Below, piece after piece: positions 1-8,754 of a DNA stretch of 64,000 nucleotides; position 1 is the stretch's first letter, and each line of letters opens with the position of its first letter. Position numbers and translations under genes: made by a program. Source of the stretch: Thermoleophilia bacterium UBA6103 (GTDB lineage Bacteria; Actinomycetota; Thermoleophilia; UBA2241); NCBI GenBank assembly GCA_002423545.1, contig DIWP01000056.1, positions 69,110 to 133,109 on the forward strand. The letters run 5' to 3'. A model generated the notes under the pieces. That model made no database searches. It worked only from the letters and a program-made list of their open reading frames with translations, and was not told the origin of the DNA.

Positions 1-223
1 CGAGGTCCTCATCCAGGAGGCGATGGCCAGGCTGATGCGGGACCGCACCAGCTTCGTCATCGCCCATCGTCTCTCGACGATCCGCAACGCCGACACCATC
101 CTCGTCCTCGACCAGGGGCACGTGGTCGAGCAGGGGAGCCACGACGAGCTGCTGGCCGCCCGCGGCTTCTACCACGACATGTACGCCAGCCAGTTCGAAG
201 AGGCGCTCGAGGAGGTCTCGTGA
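1..223 (+). CDS. ABC transporter ATP-binding/permease protein, C-terminal fragment (5' end outside window)
   Basis: The translation ...[34 protein letters not shown]... matches the conserved C-terminus of MsbA-type ABC exporters (H-loop region). TGA stop at 221-223 overlaps the GTG start of the next gene. Confidence 0.7.
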   Translation, partial: EVLIQEAMARLMRDRTSFVIAHRLSTIRNADTILVLDQGHVVEQGSHDELLAARGFYHDMYASQFEEALEEVS

Positions 224-1692
224 CGGCCCGGCGGATCATGGAGCTGGGTGTCTCGCGCCCCTTCCGTGTGCTCTCCGAGGTGGACATCGAGCGTCTCGAC
301 GACGCGATCATGACGACGCTCGAGCGGGTAGGGGTCGCATTCCCGCTGGAACGCGCGCGGCAGGTACTGAAGGACGGCGGGGCCCGAGTCGATGACGGCA
401 CCGGTGTGGCGCGCCTGCCCCGGGCCGTGGTGCGCGAAGCGCTCGCCGCGGCGCCGCGACGGCTCCTGCTGGCCGGCCGCGATCCGGCCTGCGACCTGGT
501 CCTCGATCTGGAGCACGGCTACCTCTCCAACGACGCCAGCGGTACCGAGGTACTCGATCATCGCACCGGCCGGCGGCGCCCCTCGACGCTGGCCGATGTG
601 GCCGGATCGGCGCGCTTCGTCGACGGCCTGCCGGAGCTGGCCTACTACTGGGGCCCGATCGTGGCCGCCGGCGACACGCCCCTCGGCAGCCGGCCGGTGC
701 ACGAATCGGCCGCCGTGCTGGCCGGCACGAGCAAGCACTACCAGGCGGTCACGACCGTGGGCGAGCGGCCGACCCGCTTCCTGGTCGAGCTGGCGGCGGC
801 GCTGGCCGGCGGCAGCGCCGAGCTGCGGCGACGGCCGATCGTGAGCCTCATCCAGTGTCCGGTCGATCCGCTCGGCAACGACACGGTGGCTCTGGAGGCG
901 GGGCTGGTGGCGGCCGAGCACGGCATCCCGTGCGGCTTCCTGTCGCTGACCCTCGGGTGTGGCACGGCGCCGGCCACCATGGCCGGCAATCTGGTCGTCA
1001 ACGTGGCGGCGGTGATCGCCGACCTCGTCCTGCTGCAGCTCGCGTACCCCGGCGCGCCGGTCTTCATGGGCTCGGCCCCGTCGCTGATGGACCTCAGGAC
1101 CGGCGGCTACACCGGCGGCGGCCCGGAAGACCACCTGCTGGCCGCCGCCTGCACGCAGCTTGCACACCACTACGGTCTGCCGGTCGCCGTCGGCACCATG
1201 GCGACCGGCGCCAAGGATACCGGCTGGCAGGCGGCGGTCGACGACTCGCTGTCCACGTTCGCGAGCGTCATGAGCGGCGCCGACATGATGAACGGCGCCG
1301 GTCTGCTCAACGGCTCCACGATCCTGTCCTATCCGCACATGGTGCTGGAGAGCGAGATCCTCAGCACCGTGGCGGCGATGGCGCGGCGGCCGGTCGGCGA
1401 TGTCGATGAGGCGCCGGGAGCATCGGCGACGGCGCGTGCAGCGGCGGCACGGGCATGTACCACCGATGCCCTCGCGACGGCGCAAGCAGCGGTGGCAGCG
1501 ACGGGCATGCGGGTGGCAGCGGCGACGGGCGACCAGGCGACGTCGGCGGGCACCGATGATGCCCTGGAGCGGGCGACCGAGAGGGCGGCCGGCATCCTCG
1601 CTGGGCACCGGCCGCAGCCGCTCGGCGAGGACGTGACGGCTGCTCTGGCCGCCATCTGTGCGCGGGCCGACGCGGAGTTCGCCGACGCCTGA
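220..1692 (+). CDS. MttB-family (trimethylamine methyltransferase superfamily, COG5598) corrinoid methyltransferase paralog, non-pyrrolysine type
   Basis: 490 aa ORF with MttB-like core (…[14 protein letters not shown]…). It has no internal stop, and a sense codon (Ala) aligns to the TAG position of the second mttB copy. The C-terminal ~95 aa is an Ala/Thr-rich low-complexity tail. GTG start overlaps the upstream stop (GTGA). Confidence 0.55.
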   Translation: MTARRIMELGVSRPFRVLSEVDIERLDDAIMTTLERVGVAFPLERARQVLKDGGARVDDGTGVARLPRAVVREALAAAPRRLLLAGRDPACDLVLDLEHGYLSNDASGTEVLDHRTGRRRPSTLADVAGSARFVDGLPELAYYWGPIVAAGDTPLGSRPVHESAAVLAGTSKHYQAVTTVGERPTRFLVELAAALAGGSAELRRRPIVSLIQCPVDPLGNDTVALEAGLVAAEHGIPCGFLSLTLGCGTAPATMAGNLVVNVAAVIADLVLLQLAYPGAPVFMGSAPSLMDLRTGGYTGGGPEDHLLAAACTQLAHHYGLPVAVGTMATGAKDTGWQAAVDDSLSTFASVMSGADMMNGAGLLNGSTILSYPHMVLESEILSTVAAMARRPVGDVDEAPGASATARAAAARACTTDALATAQAAVAATGMRVAAATGDQATSAGTDDALERATERAAGILAGHRPQPLGEDVTAALAAICARADAEFADA

Positions 1693-1791
1693 TCGCGCCA
1701 CGGCGGGGCAGGCCGGCGCCTGGTCGCGCCGCCGTTGTCGGACGGCCCGGCGTGTGTGCGGCGCCTCGCGCGGCCGGTCTCGCGCCCTCGG

Positions 1792-2997
1792 TCAGTCGTC
1801 CCTGTGCCGCAGCTCCTTGCCGCAGCTCGGGCAGTAGTGCGCGTCGATGTCGGGCAGGTGGACGCCGCAGTAGCGGCAGAAGTGCGGACGATCCGCAGCT
1901 TCTGTGGTGCCCGTCGCCTCGCTTGCGTTCACGGTCGCCGCCTCTGGGGCGGCGGGGGTATCGGCCGTCGCCGCATCATCGGTCGCCCTCTCCGGGACCT
2001 CGGGGGTATCGGCCGGCGCTCCGGCATCGCTCGGCGGGAAGGCGGCGTCACCGGCCGACGGTGCTGCCGGCGCCTCCTCGACCGGCGGGCTCTCCACCGG
2101 CATCGTCGTCAGCACGGCTGCGGTGGTCGCCGGATCCGCGGCGACCGTCGGCGTCGCGCCGCCGGTCGAAGTCGCAGCTGACCGGTCCGGTGCGGCCGCC
2201 GCCGCGACCGGCGCCGTCCGTCGGCCGCGCAGCAGCACCGCTGTGGCGACAGCGAGCGAGCCGGCCATGAGGACGGCGAAGACCGCGATGAAGACGGCGC
2301 GGTTGTCCTGCAGCATGCCGCCGTCGTCGGCCGTCAGGGCCGCCAGCTGGGCCGGCATCTCCCAGACCACGGCCGAGTCGTCGTCGTCCCAGCGGATGCC
2401 CTCGGCCCCCTGCGGCAGGCTCACGTAGGTGGTCGTCTTGAAGTCGAGGTCCTGCCACAGCGTGTAGTCGCTGTTGATGGTGCTCTTCTCCTCGATGACC
2501 AGCTCGCGGCCGTCGATCCGGGTCGGCTTGGTGGAGAACCCGTACATGATCCAGTGGTCGCCCATGTTGTAGGCGCGGCCGGTCTCGCGGAAGGTGAGGG
2601 TGACGGTAGCGGCCGCCTTGTCGAGGTCGGCGCGGAAGTCCTGGATCTCGTTGACCTCCTCCATCGCCCGGTAGCGACGCGAGAGGAGGAACGGGTACTC
2701 CTCGAAGTTGGCGCTCTGCGAGTCGAAGAACTCGCGGTCGTAGACCAGCACGTCCTTGTGGATGACGTTGCCGACCGGGCTCACGCTGAGACGCGCCGTC
2801 TCTTCCACATCGTAGGTCTCGGCCGTGATGGCGTCCTCTTCCTGTGCGGCAGCGACGCCGATCGCGGACGGGGGACCCAGCGTGAGGAGCGCGACGAGCG
2901 CGATGATGGCGAGGCACGCGGCGGTCGCGAGGATCGCGGTGACGCCGGTGATGGTGGTCGTGCGTCTCACCATGTCGGCACCATCCCTCTCTGCCAC
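1792..2997 (-). CDS. membrane protein with two TM segments, extracytoplasmic domain, Pro/Ala/Thr-rich linker and C-terminal zinc-ribbon
   Basis: 401 aa ORF with N-terminal hydrophobic helix and a second TM (AVFIAVFAVLMAGSLAVATAVLL). C-terminal CRYCGVHLPDIDAHYCPSCGKEL is a zinc-ribbon motif. Overlaps the next gene by 31 nt (operon). Confidence 0.5.
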   Translation of the reverse strand: MAERDGADMVRRTTTITGVTAILATAACLAIIALVALLTLGPPSAIGVAAAQEEDAITAETYDVEETARLSVSPVGNVIHKDVLVYDREFFDSQSANFEEYPFLLSRRYRAMEEVNEIQDFRADLDKAAATVTLTFRETGRAYNMGDHWIMYGFSTKPTRIDGRELVIEEKSTINSDYTLWQDLDFKTTTYVSLPQGAEGIRWDDDDSAVVWEMPAQLAALTADDGGMLQDNRAVFIAVFAVLMAGSLAVATAVLLRGRRTAPVAAAAAPDRSAATSTGGATPTVAADPATTAAVLTTMPVESPPVEEAPAAPSAGDAAFPPSDAGAPADTPEVPERATDDAATADTPAAPEAATVNASEATGTTEAADRPHFCRYCGVHLPDIDAHYCPSCGKELRHRDD

Positions 2998-4028
2998 GCG
3001 TCCTGGACGTCGATGAACGTGAACAGGCTCTGGGCCGAATACTCCTGGTACCAGTCCCAGGCCGAGTCGAAGGACTGCTGCAGGGTGCTGTCGGGGTCGT
3101 CGACCAGGGTCGCCTCCACCGGGATGATGGTGCCCTTCTCGGGAAGCTCGATGCAGAGCTGGCAGTGGCCGGGGGAGATGGTCAGGTAGGTCTTGACGCC
3201 GACCGCCTCGAGCATCGAGGCGAACAGGACGGAGAGGTCGACGCAGTTGCCGCCGCGATGGGCGATGGTCTCACGCGGGAACTGCACGTGTTGCGCGGCG
3301 TCCTCGGTCCAGAAGGAATCGGGCTCGGTGACGTACTTGAAGGACGCGTCGCGCAACGCGTAGTAGATGCGGCCCAGCGCTTCGATGGCCTCGTCGTCGT
3401 TGACGGTGAACAGGCCGCCGGTGAGCTGCTTGGCCCAGGCTTGCACCTCGGGGTCCTTAGGGGTGACGAAGGCGGCCAGGAACGTGTCGTTGTCGTGCCA
3501 GTCGTGGAAGACCAGACGCTCCTCCTCGGGGATGGTAGTGCGCACCCACTCGTTGTGGCCCAGGAAGTCGAAGCGCTCTGTGGTGGTCACGGGGCGATCC
3601 ATGCCGTCGCACTCGTAGGTGACCACCAGCTCGGCGGAGGTCTCGCTGTCGATGCCGGCCATCTGATCGGGGTCGAAGATCGGGTAGCAGTAGTCGCGCA
3701 CGGTCTGGCCGGGGAGAATGAGCGGGTACTCCTCGGCCGACGTGGTCTCCACGTAGCCGGGGACCTTGTACTCGATGCGGAAGTCGCGGATCGGCGTCGA
3801 TCCGGTATTGGTGATGGCGGTGCGTGCCAGCCAGCGGTCCGAGTAGTCGCCGCCGTAGACCTTGTAGACGGCGGTCATGACCTCAGGGACCGCGTGGACG
3901 TCGACCGACACCTGCGGCTGAGCCGGTGCCGGCTCGGACGAAGCCACCGTGGCGACCAAGCCGACGAGCGCGCCGACGAAGACGAGCGCGCTGACGGTCA
4001 GGACGACGAGCGTGCGTACGTTGCGCAC
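2967..4028 (-). CDS. secreted/membrane-anchored transglutaminase-like (papain-fold) domain protein
   Basis: 353 aa with an N-terminal signal/TM helix. Region HRGGNCVDLSVLFASMLEAVG resembles the Cys-containing core of transglutaminase-like cysteine peptidase domains. Confidence 0.4.
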   Translation of the reverse strand: MRNVRTLVVLTVSALVFVGALVGLVATVASSEPAPAQPQVSVDVHAVPEVMTAVYKVYGGDYSDRWLARTAITNTGSTPIRDFRIEYKVPGYVETTSAEEYPLILPGQTVRDYCYPIFDPDQMAGIDSETSAELVVTYECDGMDRPVTTTERFDFLGHNEWVRTTIPEEERLVFHDWHDNDTFLAAFVTPKDPEVQAWAKQLTGGLFTVNDDEAIEALGRIYYALRDASFKYVTEPDSFWTEDAAQHVQFPRETIAHRGGNCVDLSVLFASMLEAVGVKTYLTISPGHCQLCIELPEKGTIIPVEATLVDDPDSTLQQSFDSAWDWYQEYSAQSLFTFIDVQDAWQRGMVPTW

Positions 4029-4167
4029 TGGACCACCCCCCTTGCGGCCGCCAAGCGGCCGGCATGTGGCCGGACGTATGAAGCCTAGCGCTCGATCCGG
4101 GTGACGACAAGGGTGCGGCGATGGGGAGCACGATGATGCGGCGATGGAGCGTCGGCGCGGCCGGCGC

Positions 4168-5060
4168 TCAGCCGGCGGTCGGCGACCCCAGCACCGCCAG
4201 CTTGGCGGCCAGGAAGCGGCCGATCGGCGCCGTCCGCGGGCCGCCGGCGCTGAGGATCTGCGCGAGCAGCTCGTAGTGCACGGCGGCCAGGCGGCCGTTG
4301 AAGGCCGCCAGCAGCTTGCCGCGGAGCTCCGCGACCTGCCGCTCGATGGGGTCGGCGGTGGCCGCCGGGACCGCGGCGACGGCGGCGAAGAAGACGGTGC
4401 CGGGCGGCCGCCCGGCGGTCGTCTCGCGCCGCCGGGCCGCCTCGGCGGCGAAGAACAGCGTGCGCGCGAGCTGGAAGGACCGCTGCAGCGGGCAGCTCCC
4501 CGGCTCGCGTCCGTACGCCAGGGCGGCGGGCTGCAGCAGCCGCTCGGCGACCGACCAGTAGCGCCGCGCCTGCCGTCGTCCTTCCGCCACGGCGAGACGG
4601 CAGGGCGCGCCGGTGCGCGTCCTGAGGTCGGAGCCGGGGCCGTGGAAGCCGCGGCAGGCGCGCGGGTACTGGCTGCAGCGTCCGGCGCCGCCGGCGGCGT
4701 CGCCGAGGTACTTGGATTCGAGGCCGATCACGGCGTCGCCGGCCTCGAGCAGGACGTCGATGCGGCTCGGCGGTCCGCCGACCTCGCCCAGCAGCTCCGG
4801 GCGCGAGACCTCGACCGACACGGTCCAGCGGCGGTCGCCCGGCGATCGGGGCAGCTCGGGGAGCGCCTCGTGCAGGAATGTCTCGATCACGGCGTGCCGC
4901 TCCGTGAGCTCCGCCAGCGGCACCCAGACGCTCAGGCAGAGCGCCTGTGACGAGCGTGCGCCGGCGGCGTGTGTGTGCCAGGGGAAGTCTGGCCCGAGCG
5001 CCTCGGCAACGCCGGGATACAGAGCCGGACTCTGCAGGATACGCGTGAAGCGGTCGCCGG
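4168..5060 (-). CDS. hypothetical protein with PD-(D/E)xK nuclease-like motif
   Basis: Long minus-strand ORF. The N-terminal part of the called ORF overlaps the upstream HEAT gene, so the true start is probably a GTG/TTG near 5040-5100. The motif RIDVLLEAGDAVIGLESKY fits a D…E-x-K restriction-endonuclease-fold signature. Confidence 0.35.
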
Positions 5061-5062
5061 AC

Positions 5063-5482
5063 TCAGCGCCGGCGGCGCCGCGACTCGCGGCGCGCCTCAC
5101 GCCGTTCGCGGGCCTCTTCATAGGCATCGAGCACGGCACGGACCTCGTCGGGGTCCTTGTCGTGCAGCTGCTTGAGTGCCTTGCGCACCTTCTTGCGCGT
5201 GAAGCGGTCGGTAGTGGTGTACATGAGCTCCACGAGCGGTGCGGCAGCCACGGGGTCACCGATCTTCACCAGAGCCTGCATCGCGTGCTGCCAGAGGTCG
5301 GGATCGTCGAGGACGGCGACCAGCGGCGCCACGGCCCGGCGAGCCTGGAGATCGCCGAGGGCCGCGGCGGCGAAGCGCCGCTCGGTGCCGGAGCGCTCCT
5401 CGTCTTCCAGGGTCGCCAGCAGGCCGGCGACGTCGCGACGCTGTTTCAGCTCCTGCAGCCTCGCCATGTCTTTGATGCCCAT
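5063..5482 (-). CDS. HEAT/PBS-lyase repeat protein
   Basis: 139 aa with repeated ...AAAALGDLQARRAVAPLVAVLDDPD...AMQALVKIGDPVAAAPLVEL... HEAT-like repeats and a basic C-terminus. Confidence 0.55.
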   Translation of the reverse strand: MGIKDMARLQELKQRRDVAGLLATLEDEERSGTERRFAAAALGDLQARRAVAPLVAVLDDPDLWQHAMQALVKIGDPVAAAPLVELMYTTTDRFTRKKVRKALKQLHDKDPDEVRAVLDAYEEARERREARRESRRRRR

Positions 5483-5561
5483 GCGCGGTCTCCGCGGGCT
5501 CGATTGCGCGGCGGATGCCTCTGCCAGGCAGCCAGTCTAGTCCATTCGCGGCGGGCGATGC

Positions 5562-6860
5562 TCAGCCCGTCTCGGAGAAGCGTGTCTGGGCGAGATGCGA
5601 GGAGAGGGATGGTCCCCGATTCGGCAGGCCGAGCTTGCGGCGCAGGTTGCGGCGATGGAACGCCACCGTGGCCGGCGAGATGAAGAGGGCGGCGGCGATC
5701 TCGGCCGAGCTCTTGCCGGCCCGGATGAGCGTCGCGATCTCGCGCTCGCGAGCCGTCAGGCCGCCGGACGCGCCTGCCAGTGCATCGAGCCGCTGGGCGA
5801 ACGGGCTCACCAGCTCGCGCAGGTTCTCGGCGATGGCGTCGACGTAGATGGCCTCCGGGGTCGTGGCGAGGTGCCGCTGCAGACGGTCGAGCAGCGGCAC
5901 GATGGTCGCCTCGACGTTGCTCACGATCGTGCGCTCCAGCTCGGCGCGGTCCTTGTTGCGCTGGTCGAGGATCACACGCAGCGCCGTGTTGGCGTCTTCC
6001 AGGGCGTCGGCCTGGCGTCGCAGCGACGCCTCCGACGCCTCGAGGGCCCGCTGCAGCGTGCGATGCTCGGTGAGATCGGTACCGAGGGCGAAGCAGGTGC
6101 GGCGGCCACCGTAGCGGCTGGGGACGAGGGTCAGGGCCAGGGCCCGCGGTGTATCGCCGATCGCCAGGTCGAGGTCGAAGGTGGCGCCCACCCGGCCGCG
6201 ATCGACTACCGCCCGCACGGCCGCCATCGCCTGTTCTCCCCACAGTGAGACGACCGTCTTGCGCAGGAGGCTGGTCCGGGTCATCTGCAGGAAGGCGGTC
6301 GCGGCGCCGTTGGCGTCGAGGAAGCGTCCGTCTTCGGCGATGTGGAACGCGGGGTTGACCACCTGCGCGAACAGCGTGTGGTAGAGCTCGGCCGACTCGC
6401 GCTGGGCGCGACTGGCGTCCTGCTCGGCGGCGATGTCGCGCACCGCGCCGATCATGTGCGACGGCCGCCCGGCCGCATCGACCAGCGTCAGGCCGCGTTC
6501 GCGGACCCAGACGTAGGTGTCGTCGCCGCGGCGGATACGATACTCGTCCTCGTAGACACCGGCCTCCCGGACCGCGCGGCGGGTGTTCTGCAGCGTCTTC
6601 TCCACGTCATCGGGATGCAGTCGCTCGGCGTATGCCTCAAAGGTGTCCGGCAGTCGCTCGACGGGGAGCCGGAAGACCTCTGCCATCTGCTCGGACATCT
6701 CCATGCTGTCGGTCTGAATGTCCCAGTCGTAGTAGGCGTCGAAGACGGCATCGACGAAGGCTCGCAGGCGCACGTCGCTGGAGATCTGCCGCGGTCCCGG
6801 TGGCCGCTCGGCAGCCGCTGTCGCGGTGATCGGTTCTGAATGTGAGGTATGGCCAGTCAT
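5562..6860 (-). CDS. PAS domain-containing LuxR-family transcriptional regulator
   Basis: 432 aa with two PAS-like segments, a coiled-coil, and a C-terminal LuxR HTH (LTAREREIATLIRAGKSSAEIAAALFISPATVAFHRRNLRRKLG). Confidence 0.7.
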   Translation of the reverse strand: MTGHTSHSEPITATAAAERPPGPRQISSDVRLRAFVDAVFDAYYDWDIQTDSMEMSEQMAEVFRLPVERLPDTFEAYAERLHPDDVEKTLQNTRRAVREAGVYEDEYRIRRGDDTYVWVRERGLTLVDAAGRPSHMIGAVRDIAAEQDASRAQRESAELYHTLFAQVVNPAFHIAEDGRFLDANGAATAFLQMTRTSLLRKTVVSLWGEQAMAAVRAVVDRGRVGATFDLDLAIGDTPRALALTLVPSRYGGRRTCFALGTDLTEHRTLQRALEASEASLRRQADALEDANTALRVILDQRNKDRAELERTIVSNVEATIVPLLDRLQRHLATTPEAIYVDAIAENLRELVSPFAQRLDALAGASGGLTAREREIATLIRAGKSSAEIAAALFISPATVAFHRRNLRRKLGLPNRGPSLSSHLAQTRFSETG

Positions 6861-7110
6861 AAAACTCGTAACAGACTAGCATGACCGGGAGCCTTGTGTC
6901 GCGTACACTGCAGACGTGCTTGTATGACATACGCCTCGATGCACAGAGACGAAGTCAGGCAGCATCCCCCCGGCCCCGTGGCTGTGACCCTCCCCCGACG
7001 GTCACAGGCGCGGGGCCGGCCCCGTCCCGGATCCCGGCTTCTCCATCCCGCGCCGTACCTTCCGCTCGCGGTGTTCCGTCCCGTCGCCGGCGTACCCTTG
7101 CCTGGAGCTG

Positions 7111-7362
7111 GTGAGCGACGCCGGTGGTGTGCGCCGAGAGACGGCAGCCGGGAGGAGCATGAGCGGTCTTGTCGAGTGTCCGTCCTGCGGGCGTTTGGTG
7201 TCGCGGGAGGCGAGCGCCTGTCCGTCCTGCGGGCAGCCGATCCGCAGAAGCGGCTGCCGCATCCTCGATGAAGCTCTCGGTGCCTTCCTCGGCTGTGCCG
7301 GCACGCTCTTCTCCCTGCTCGTCATCGCGTTCGTCATCGCGTTCCTGTTCGGTGGCTGCTGA
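7111..7362 (+). CDS. small zinc-ribbon membrane protein
   Basis: 83 aa with CPSCGRLVSREASACPSCGQ (CxxC…CxxC) followed by a hydrophobic helix LFSLLVIAFVIAFLF. The start may instead be the internal Met (MSGLVECP). Confidence 0.35.
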   Translation: MSDAGGVRRETAAGRSMSGLVECPSCGRLVSREASACPSCGQPIRRSGCRILDEALGAFLGCAGTLFSLLVIAFVIAFLFGGC

Positions 7363-7486
7363 GGTGACGCTGTCGGGGCGCCGTCCGCATGAGGCCGGCC
7401 CGCTGCGGGAATGGTGTCGGGTATGCGCAGCGGCGCGGCCGGCAGCGGCCGGTCGGCTCCGGAGACCCGGAAGCGGAGGTAAGCGT

Positions 7487-8663
7487 GATGGTCGGACTCC
7501 ACCGCAGCGATCTGGACAAGCTTCTCGAGACGCATGGGGGGCCGTGCGTCTCGGTCATCGTGCCGACGGAGCGAGCGGGTCGCGATGCTCGGCAGAACCC
7601 GTTGCGCTTCAAGCATGGGCTCGATGAGGCCGAGGAGCGGCTCGTCGCCGTCGGCCTGCGCGCACCGGAGGCGCGCGATCTGCTGCAGCCGGCACGCGAC
7701 CTGCTGGCCGACAGTCACTTCTGGAACCAGCAGTCCGATGGGCTGGCGTTGTTCCTGGCGCCCGGCTTCGAGCATCTGGTCAAGCTGCCGGTGGTGCCCG
7801 CGCAGCGAGTCGTGGTGGGCGAGCGTTTCCACGTGCGCCCGTTGCTGCCGGCCTTCTGGCCGGAGCAGGCTTTCTACCTGCTGGCTCTGAGCCAGAGCGA
7901 GGTGCGGCTCTTCGAAGGAGCGCGGTTCGGCGTGCGCGGGATCCCGCTGACCAACGTGCCGGAAGGGATCGAGGACGTCACACGCTTCGTCCAGGGTGAG
8001 ACGTCGCGGCAGATGCACAGTAGCGAACGTCGCGGCGCCGCCGTGGTGGGTGTCTCGCACGGTCACGGGGGCGTCAAGGACGATCGCGACGAACGGGTCT
8101 GGGAGTACATCCGGGCGGTCGCTCAGGGAGTCGGCGAGACGCTTCGTTCGGCCGGGAAGAGCAACGGAGCCCCTCTGGTCCTGGCCGGCGTCCAGTACCT
8201 GTGCGGCCTTTATCGGGAGGTCCACGGCGCTGCCGGCCCGGCTCACGCACCGATCCTCGACGAAGGCATCGAGGGCAATCCCGATCAGCTCAGCGAAGAG
8301 GAGCTGCATCTGCGTGCCTGGCCACTGGTGGCGCCGCTGGCGGAGGTGCAGGTGACGTCGGCTCTGGAGCGCTACCCGGAGGCGTACGGCCGCGGTGAAG
8401 CGCGGCGCGACGTCGAAGGTGTGCTGGTCGCTGCCCTGCAGGGTCGCGTCGAGACGCTGCTGCTCGCCGGCGACGCGATGCAGTGGGGACGGTTCGACGC
8501 GGACAAGGGCCGCGCCCGCCTGCACGATGCCTGGCGTCCCGGCGACGACGACCTCCTCGACCTGGCGGCCGCCCAGACGGTGCAGACCGGCGGCGTTGTC
8601 TACACGGTGGCCGCCGAGCAGATGCCCGAGGGTCGGCCGCTGGCGGCGCTGCTGCGGTACTGA
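7487..8663 (+). CDS. hypothetical protein, possible bacterial eRF1/Pelota-like (baeRF-type) fold
   Basis: The ORF track starts at 7389, but GGAGGTAAGCGTG-ATG gives a good RBS plus ATG at 7487 (MVGLHRSDL…). The C-terminal region (VLVAALQGRVETLLLAGDAMQWGRFD…GGVVYTVAAEQ…) is reminiscent of eRF1 domain-3-like proteins. Confidence 0.4.
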
Positions 8664-8754
8664 CGCCTCGTCGCCGGCGGCGTGCACAGATCCTGCCGGC
8701 TGAGGAGGCCGCCGCGGGCGGCCGCTCCTTCCGGGTCGCCGCCGTGGCCGTCGC

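Noticed and set aside
169-1701. 510-aa minus-strand ORF
   Set aside because: It is antisense to the MttB-family gene. It is an Arg/Gly-rich high-GC artefact.
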